Below are positions 9,460-18,144 of a stretch of DNA of 20,000 nucleotides, one piece after another. Position 1 is the first letter of the stretch; every line of letters starts with the position of its first letter. The notes beneath the pieces were generated by a model that worked only from the letters and a program-made list of their open reading frames with translations, was not told the origin of the DNA and made no database searches. The position numbers and the translations under genes are program-made. This DNA comes from Atractiella rhizophila (lineage: Eukaryota): the NCBI GenBank assembly GCA_021432655.1, contig MU271297.1, forward strand, positions 83,754-103,753. The letters are read 5' to 3'.

Positions 9460-10813
9460 TCCCGTCCACTAATCCTCATGGTGGTTCGTAAAAGTCAGCC
9501 TAAGAAAGCAGATAGCCAAACAATCTGACTCGCTGACGAAGCATGGATATTGTTACAAATACACGTCCAATTCATTGCAAAACAACAATGTGTCACATCC
9601 CGCCGTTTCCGCTGAATAAAGCTCGGAACGAAGCGGCCTCCCTGACTGCCATTCACGATTAAAATGATGACTGACTAAAAGGCAGGACGTTATGGCTTGA
9701 TGGGTCATTCAACGCCATTGCTCCGGGTTTTAACTAGTGCTTTGTAACTTTTGATTTGCAAAACAAAATGGATGATACGATCATGGCGAAGTGTCAACAG
9801 TGCACGCTTTCGTTTAGACTATAGTGGCGCGGAAAAGAGACTGGGTCATTAGCTGTGAGTTGAGCTCTTATCAGCCTCTTGACATCTGGACCAATCCGAA
9901 TTTGCTCCTGGGACCACTCAAGGTATCAATGTACGGATGACGCTGCTTAGCTACTATATTTATTGCTTTCAATCAAGGTTACCCTGCCTCATGAAACTTA
10001 AGAAATGCAGGGGACAATAGTATTCAGCTTCAAATGACAACTGGGGTACTTGTCGAACTTCATCCCATACAATCCAATGCCGCTGTGAAGCATCTTGTCG
10101 ATGTTGAAGTTGACAAGGTTCAAACAAGCACACATAACCTCACTCTAATCGACCCATGGCTGCTGTGGCGAGAATCAGGAAGCTCACTTTGAACAGAGTC
10201 TCGAGATTTCCCCCGTTCCCCCGCGTAAACAGCCCATCATCAAATCTCCAAAGAATCCATAGCTCCAGCTCTTCGCAAATTCGCAGGAAAGCCAGTCGTT
10301 CGATCGAGCTCCGCTAGTGATCTTACCATGACTCATATCCGCGGCACGTTTTATGGTTCCTCTCTTTACCTTCCACCAACCAACAATCCTTCCCTCCTTC
10401 CCCGATTCCCAAGGTACCAAGAAGGGAATATACCTGAGTTGAGTGGTGCAGCCGAAGTAGAGGTGCACATAGTTCACGGACTCAATTTGGATACCAAGAC
10501 TTGTCCATTGGCTGAGACGAGGCGGTGTCGATAACCAGTGCTGAGAGCGGTGGAGGTTATAAGAACTCTTCCCCTTCTTCCAGCGCAACCCCTTTTGTCA
10601 GCCCTATTGTCGGAGTGTCATCTTTCGCGGGATTGTATTCTTGTTCAGGTCTGCCTTGCTGTTACTCTGACTCTGAAGTTGATGAATTCACAGACTGACG
10701 TTGCACGCATTGGGAACAGCTTTTGACGACCGCCCCTCCCCCATCCTCCTCCCTCCTACTACCTCTCCATCTACCACCATCAATCCCACGCACCATCACC
10801 GACCATAAACAAA

Positions 10814-12799
10814 ATGTCATACCAATCGCAATCCCCCTCCACGCCTTTCGCCGACCCCTTCCGCTCTCCCTACGACCCCCCTCCGACGTACGCAACAGGT
10901 CCCAAGCCCAAGAAACAGAAGTACCAGAAGCCAGGTACACCAACTCTAGCCTCTCCGAACCAATCCGATTCGCCCAGGTCCAACAAACACGCTGCGCTGC
11001 CTAGACTGAATCCCTTCGGCTTGGGAGTCGGTGGAGGTCTAGGCAGCGCTGCGCCGCTCAGCACCACCAATCTACTCACCCCCGTCCCTCCTTACGAACC
11101 GTCTGGAGCTGGAGTGCCCGAGCAGAGCTGGAGGGGTCCGAGGATCCATGAAAAGGGAGACCCGACGGATAGCTCGAGTGGAGAGACGGAGAGTGAGGCG
11201 GAACCTCTCATTGAGGAGGGAAGGGGAGGGAATGCAGGAGCGGGGTATCATGGTTCTCAACTTATTCGAGGCTTCAATCAGCCGGTTGGAGGTAGACCTT
11301 CCTTCGAATCTGCTGGTAGCATTACCCCTCGTCCCTCCACGGATTCCCAAAGGACAGAGACTGGCATCCGGATCGTGTATACGCCTACGACCAAGATTTA
11401 TCCGAGTAGTCTCACGAAGAAGCAGCTCGAGGTTTATAATGGGTTTTGTAATAAGGATATCGATAAGGAGGGGAGACCGAAGAATGAGTGGACGCTTATT
11501 GGAGACTTCTTTTGGAGAGGTGGATGGAGGAGGATCCCGTGGAGAGACTTTGGAAGGACGCTTCGAAAATGGTTTACCACTTGGAAATACCTTAGTACGC
11601 CAGCCCCTTCCCATGCTCGAAGACAGGGAAAGCTGACCAACTGGATGTGCAGAATGGATCATTGCCATCATCGTCTTCCTAGTCGCCATCGGGCTCCTCA
11701 TCATCTACCAAGAAAACATCGTCGACGGCCTCACTCCGTTCGGGAACAGGCTCAAAGAGTTTGTTCTCCTTCGTACTTTCGAAGAAGGTCGGGGTAGCTG
11801 ATCTTTCCTTCCTCTTCCAGTCTTCGAGGTGGCTTCCTCATCCCCGTCGCACTCATCATTGTCCTTTCTTTCCCTCCTCTCACGGGTGCTGAAATCGTCT
11901 TCATCCTTGCCGGTGTAATTTGGGGTCTGGGAATCGGATTCGCCATTTCGGCGGCTGGAACCTTGGTCGGTGAAATCGCCAACTTCTAGTATGTCTCTTC
12001 CGTTCACTTCCCTCTACTGAAGCATCATGCTAATGGGCGATATAGTGTGTTCAGGTGGCTATTGAGGAACAGAGCGGAGCGGTATGAACGGAAAAGCTTC
12101 GAATGGGCGGCTATTTCGTATATCGTGAGAAAAGGAGGGTTCAAGGTATGCGATCTTCCAGTGTATGCATGGGAATACTAAATTGCTACTTTAGATCGTC
12201 CTCGCCGTCCGATACTCTGTGATTCCTAACAACATCTCAACGACCATCTTTTCCACCACCGGCGTCGGCTTCTGGTCCTTCACGAACGCAGCCATTCTTT
12301 CCCTTCCTCAAATCCTCACCCTCGTCTACACTGGTGGTACGTTCTTTCTACCTCTAGCAAAGGACTAAAGAAAGCTGATCGAACCTGGACAGTGTACTAC
12401 AAGAACACGGGAATGGGCATGGAAGCCTCGACCGTGGACAAAATCTTGTTCCCTCTCACGACAGCCCTCAACCTGATCATCACCGCCATCGTCGCCTTCT
12501 ACATCCAACGCGTCCTCAGAGACGCCACCATCCCCGTCCGCCAGATCCTCCGCATCCGACGTGCACAAGCATTGAACGATGCCGAGAACCCGTATGCCAC
12601 CCCTGGAAAGGGATCGAGCATGTTCAAGGATATGGAGAAACTCGAAGCGATGTTACCCGAAGGTATCGGCCGCATGCCTTCGTCTTCGACGGAGAGAGCG
12701 ACCAGGCTGTTCGGTTGGCTGACGGGGAGTGGACAGAAGAGATCGAAGGGTCAAAGGTATGAGAAGGTACAGTTGGATGAGGAGAGGAATATTGCGTAG
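10814..12799 (+). CDS. TVP38: Tvp38/TMEM64 (SNARE-associated Golgi, DedA/VTT domain) membrane protein with a long disordered N-terminus, 6 exons
   Basis: Spliced WIIAIIVFLVAIGLLII...GGFLIPVALIIVLSFPPLTGAEIVFILAGVIWGLGIGFAISAAGTLVGEIANFYVFR...GGFKIVLAVRYSVIPNNISTTIFSTTGVGFWSFTNAAILSLPQ. This matches the DedA-like SFPPLxG, GTxxG and RYSxIP motifs. Five GT-AG introns. Confidence 0.85.
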
Positions 12800-13308
12800 G
12801 TGTGCGAGGAGATGAGATGGGTGAGGTCTGGGGTCCATGAATAGATGGATTCGGTGCAGTAATGAGTTTGTGTTAAAATGGATATATTGATAATGATACA
12901 TCATGTTCATGTCTTCATCGTTTCCTTGTCGTTTAGTCGTCCATCCTTCCGCAAAAGCCCCCCTCCTCAAAATACTAAAGCTGTTGAAAACTGAAGGAGA
13001 TGGAGGAGATGATATGGGCAGACAGATGGATGTGGTGCAGTGTTGTGGCGAATCTTTGTTGAATAATAATGATACTTATGTTGACATCTTCATTCGCAAT
13101 TTGGTTGTCGTCAAGGTCTGTTAGTGCTCCTCAAAAACTGGAGCCAAAGCCAAAGAAGACGATATCAAGGTCACTTGACAAACCACCTCATAGGAAAGCA
13201 TCCATGTCGCGAAGGTGATGCTCATGTTTCAGAGAGCAGAAAAAGCTGAGTATTATGCACAATAATATGCGTTATCCCAAGGACCCAATATACAGAGTTA
13301 AAATCGAT

Positions 13309-14194
13309 CTATCCACCCCTCTCGTCTCCGAGCAACCTGGCCATTCCATCGTCTTCATCTCTAATCCTAACTTTTCCATCCTCCACTCTAACCATTTCCA
13401 ATCTCTCTTCCCTCCCATTCCCTGCTCCAGCTCCAGCTCCTCCATTCTCCTCCATGCCCTCCCCAAACCTCGAACGACTCCACCACTCCCTCACCATACC
13501 GCCCTCCCGAAATCCATCCCTCATTTCCCGTTCCACACACAGCTTCTCCGCCCAGACGATTTGGATGATAGCAGAGGATGCGATGATGGTCCAGAACCAA
13601 GGAGAGGTGGGGAAGGACGAAGAGTAGTAGGTGGTGATGAGGAGGTGGATGAAGAGGAGGGTGAGGGAGTGGTCGAGGATGTGGGTTGGGCGACGGACGA
13701 GGTATAAGAGGGGAATTATACTGCAGCAACCATTCAGCCCAACTTTCGGATTGCAGAGTGAATAAGAAGGAAACGAACTCTATGAGAGAGGCCACGGCCC
13801 AGGCGAGACCTATGACGGCCGCCTTCCGTCCATCCCTTCCGGTCTCCTCTAAACCTCCAATGCCTCCAACGAATTCTACCCCAGTCTTCCGCCCCAAAGA
13901 GCTCGGCAAACTGGTATAGTAGCCTCGCTCCGCCCTAACTGTGTCCTTTCCCGACATCTCCCTCCAGTCGACTATCATGGCGACATTCAATGGACCGCCC
14001 TCGTACACGAGTTGGTCGGTAGAGGCGAAGGTGGCGAGGAAGGGAGGGACGAGAAGGGAGAGGACTAGGTAGTGGTATGCCTGCAGGAGGATTATTTGGG
14101 AGAGCAGAAGGATGGGGTCCCACACGCGGAAACCGGCGGAGGAAAGCGGTGGAAGGGCGAGTGTGATGGGCGGCAGAGATATTCGAGGCAGCAT
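13309..14194 (-). CDS. SYS1: Sys1 integral Golgi membrane protein (Arl3/ARFRP1 receptor), 2 exons
   Basis: FRVWDPILLLSQIILLQAYHY at the N-terminus. After the intron at 13778-13721: IIPLLYLVRRPTHILDHSLTLLFIHLLITTYYSSSFPTSPWFW...AEKLCVEREM. These are Sys1 signatures (WDP, VxR, D..LT..H, FP...W, ExxCxxRE). Confidence 0.92.
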
Positions 14195-15144
14195 CGTCGT
14201 TTGGGATATGGCTGGAAGAAACTCAGTCACGTGGAAAGTAGCAGATTTCCTTGTTTATCCGCAGCAAGAATTCTGAAATGTTATGTTGACTCTGACATTT
14301 GTCCAGTCAGTCCAGTCCAATGCTTCGCCCTTCTCATGCCTGTCATCAGAGGTTATTGTTTGGTGTGGCTCAGATTATCAGTTGCTGAGGACAGGATACG
14401 AAATGTGTCGTGGTCCTATAATTCAACAGTGTTATAGAAAGTGGTGTCTATTTTTCCCTTTTTACAGCACCTCTAGTAAACGTTTGTTACGGCCTCCGAA
14501 CCCCTAACGACTTTGACGCGGCGTAATAACACTTCTCACTAACTTGTAGTTGTTTTGTTCCTATATTAGCCCAACTTTGTCAACCATAATTGTTGTCGCT
14601 CTGGGATTAAACCCCACAGGCAGGCATCTCTGCTTCTAGGGTAGACGGCATGGAAAGAGTGTAACAGCCATGGCGACTTAGTGCGAATGTCAACTCGATG
14701 CACCCTATCATCAATTCAGATTCTGGAGAGGTTGTGCGGATGCTCGTTGTGGAACATCCTGTATTGCTGGCCGTACAGCAATGTCCATTATCCTCTCACC
14801 ACTGGTCAAATGGGTAGAGTCGTCTGTTATCAGAGCCGACCAAGGAAAGAGTAATAGAGCAGGCTCCACAATATGACAGGGTGGAGGAGCTGTCATAAGT
14901 CGAGTAGCGTCAGTGCTTCAAGCCTTGTGCCTGGCGGATGCTACCACCCGCATGTGCAGGTGGTCGTCGGTCACACAATATCAGGAAGCTTTTGCCAACC
15001 GCCATTGCATACGATTACCTTGACATCCAGACAACTGCTGATCATTTCTCCAGCGGTACAGTATCCCGCTTACCGGTGAAGATCGTCCCAACTCGGTGAA
15101 CCCCCACCTCCACGGTCTGACCATGGAGGTAGCAAGACGTAGTG

Positions 15145-15152
15145 TATAAATA
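15145..15152 (+). promoter_or_regulatory. TATA box (TATAAATA) of the GH79 gene
   Basis: Consensus TATA about 45 nt upstream of the signal-peptide ATG at 15197. Confidence 0.65.
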
Positions 15153-15196
15153 TGGGACTGCTAGTGTCGATACTGCAAGAACTCACTCCTCTCAAG

Positions 15197-16986
15197 ATGT
15201 TGTCTTCAGCAGCGCTCCTAATAGCACTTTCCTCCCTTCATGCTGTTTTAGGGATCCCCTTCTCAACTCCGTCGAATGCGACCTCTGGGCTCTACTCCGC
15301 CTTCGTCTCCATCTCGATAGAGTTGGTAGGCTTCCCAGCTTACGCTGGTTCTCGTTCTTCGCCCAACCAATACTCTGTCAACATGGTCAAAACTCTGGGA
15401 ACCTTCCAAAACGCCATGCCGGTCATTCGAGTGGGAGGGAACTCACAGTTCGTCGTTCTCTCACTTTTCTCACTTATTGAGACCGTGGAGTACAGGGACC
15501 GTGCCATTTACGACGCGAGCTACACGGGGACGGCTGCCGCCACTTCGTGCCCTTCGGATAGCTCAGCGAAGACGTGCATAGGACCGAAATTCTTTGATTC
15601 TTACAATTCCTTCCCTGACACCAAATACACATTTGGTTTCAACCAAGCGAGGAATGACGCTTCCGGTGCGAACACACTCCAGAAAGTTGTCGGGCTTGCC
15701 TGCAAAGCGATAGGAGTCGACAACTTGGAAGTTTTCGAGTTTGGTCCGTTGATATTCCCTGTTATACCAGCAACAGATTGACGGCTGTACAGGCAACGAG
15801 CCGGATCTGTTCAGCAATAATGGATACCGCTCCTCGTCTTATAATGAAGCGAATTACGTTGCGGAATGGAAGAATAACACTGGTATCATTCGTGGACTTT
15901 TGCAATCTGCCTGTCCAGAATTCATCAGCCAGGATGTGTACGGTTACATGGGTCCAAGCCTCTCAAGTCCTGGTAGCAAGTCAGTCGACCACCTTCGTGT
16001 TTTGCTTTCTCTCACATGGCGATGTAGATTAAAGCCCTCTACGATCTTTAACTCGAACGGATACAACTCAGCCGGAACGGTGAAGCAAGTTTTCTATACA
16101 CAATTATATGGGCAACAGCGCAGATAGCAGTGTGACGGTTGAGAATACGCTCATGAACCATGCGAAGGTGAAGAGCAGCATTGGAAATCATGTCAATGCG
16201 AGGAACTCAATCAACGAGGATCTGGACTATGTGATTGGCGAGCACGTAAGATGCACCTCTACATCAACCTCGCCAGCACTGACTGAAGCGTGTAGAATTC
16301 TCTTTATGGCGGAGGAGCCGCTGGAAAGTCAGACACCTTTGGGGCCGCCCTTTGGTACGCCTCACTTTAAACTGTCAAAGACAATCACTAATCAGGTCGT
16401 GATTGCAGGGCGATGGATTTCTCCCTTTACGCTGCCACGCAGGGGATCAAACGTGTGCACTTCCACTTCGCGAATGGCAGCCCCTACAGTTTCTGGGTAC
16501 GTCCCTACTATACTCCTCGCTTTTCGTCCTCTGACTGTTTACAAATAGCAACCCAGCGGCCCCAACACCCTTCCAAGCTACTATGGAGCATTAGCCGCCG
16601 CCCGCCTCTTAGGCGACTCCTCCAAAGTATCAGTGGTCGAGATCCCGCAGAGCGTCTCCACGGACGTGATGTACGCAGCGTATGAAAACGGCAAACTCGC
16701 TCGTTTGGCGATCATCAACAACAAGTATTACACGTCGGGCACGAGGGGAAGCAAGACCTATACCGTCCCCGTCGACGGTGCTGGGACGCTCAACCTCAAG
16801 TCGGAGATCTTGATGGGAGAGGCTGCGGATACGAAGAATGCGGTCTCGTTTGGTGGGGTGCAGTATAGGTTTGCGGATCAGGGTCTCCCGTCTAGTGGGG
16901 GACCGGCGGTGCAAACTTGGACGGCTAGTGGACAGATTCAGGTGTCGGTTCAGGATAGTACGGCGGTCGTTATTACTGTCGCGTAG
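15197..16986 (+). CDS. Secreted glycoside hydrolase family 79 (beta-glucuronidase-like), 7 exons; apparent 1-nt frameshift mid-gene
   Basis: Signal peptide MLSSAALLIALSSLHAVLG. Motifs FVSISIE, IRVGGNSQD, FEFG|NEPD (acid/base Glu), VIGEH|NS (nucleophile Glu), SDTFGAALWAMDF, RVHFH and PSYYG, then a beta-rich C-terminal domain with LAIIN. The frame changes at the T4 run 16090-16093. Confidence 0.92.
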
Positions 16987-18144
16987 TGATCGAATGCTGC
17001 TCCATCATGTCTGATATTCGTATCCAATCGACGTTGCCCAAACAACTTGATTGGCTTTGTTGGTTCTCTTGAAATGTTTGCTTCAAAATTGTTTTCATAA
17101 CTTCCACGTACCACACCAACAGCGACTTTATTGTGTAATGCACTGGATGGGACGATAATGTGTATGTGCATGCTGACCGCTGCATTATCGCGCGACGCGA
17201 CACATGAACATGACCAGTCGACCAGCAAGTCACTGGGACCTCTCACTTTGGTCTGCTGCCTGCTGCTTCAATACACGTCCGAGCTTGAGAAGAACAAAAT
17301 TTGGGCAAGTCAGATCGTCAGACCTTGGCGACCGAAGTACATTGTTGACTTTTGATCACGTCAACATTTTGGCAATTTCGATTCCGAGGAAAAGGAAAAG
17401 GGCTTGCCCAACTGTATGCTTAAGTTTGTTATTTGTTATAGACCAGAGCAAGACTGGACCACATGCAAACAAGTGGAAGGAACGAGAGTGAGGCGAAATG
17501 GATCACGAATGGTGGCCCAGAAGGTTCCTATGAGTGAATGAAGTAAGCTAATGAGAATAGAAGCTGCGTGCGAGATCTGTGTATAAAATGTACATTGTTC
17601 CCCCGTCACGCCAATGGAATGGAAATGATAGAATTGCAGCTGCACCTTATTGCAATTGCTCCACTCCATTCCTCCATCTCGCTCGATCGCACTTCCCCTC
17701 GCGTCTGATGCCGACTCCTTGAGTCTTCTCCTTCCACCACTTTTCCGCTATAGACACAGCCAAAACACCGAACAGCGCAAAGAAGGAAAAGGAGGATAGG
17801 ACACGAGAGGGATCACGTGGGAAAACAGCGAAACAGGGACAAACAACCCTCAAAATTCCACGATCTCTCACTTCTCGCTCGCTCACTTCTCAGCTCCATC
17901 TTCATCTTCACCAACGATTTCATACTTCTACAACGGCCACTCCCACGCTCACGCCGGGTCTATAGTTTGCAGCGGATAAGCAAGCGAAGAAGGTGTGGAC
18001 TTTTGATACGTTACAGGGTCTTCCTCCTTCCTTTCCCACGCGTCGCTCGTCCCACCATCCACAACAATCCTTTTCCAACAGCGACAGCGCCAGAGTCACC
18101 CCACAAAACCGACAATTCACGCTTTCCCAAAACCAAGTCAAAAC

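Noticed and set aside
9664..9674. ATGATGA followed by CTGA resembling snoRNA C and D boxes
   Set aside because: The boxes are adjacent, with no guide region or terminal stem, so a snoRNA cannot be supported.
11072..11704. 210-aa minus-strand ORF and 162-aa alternative-frame ORF within TVP38 exon 1
   Set aside because: They are antisense or off-frame shadows of a low-complexity exon with no domain features.
13255..13707. 150-aa plus-strand ORF opposite SYS1, including a short (GCTCCA)n repeat
   Set aside because: It is antisense to SYS1 exon 2. The repeat simply encodes the Gly-Ala run in the Sys1 tail.
15152..15196. In-frame upstream ATG extending GH79 by 15 residues
   Set aside because: This ATG overlaps the TATA box and is probably upstream of the TSS. 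The ATG at 15197 directly starts a signal peptide.
16987..18144. Intergenic region examined for transposon ends, tRNA or a small gene
   Set aside because: I found no terminal repeats, cloverleaf or coherent spliced ORF. The pyrimidine-rich part is consistent with the promoter and 5' UTR of the 18145 gene.
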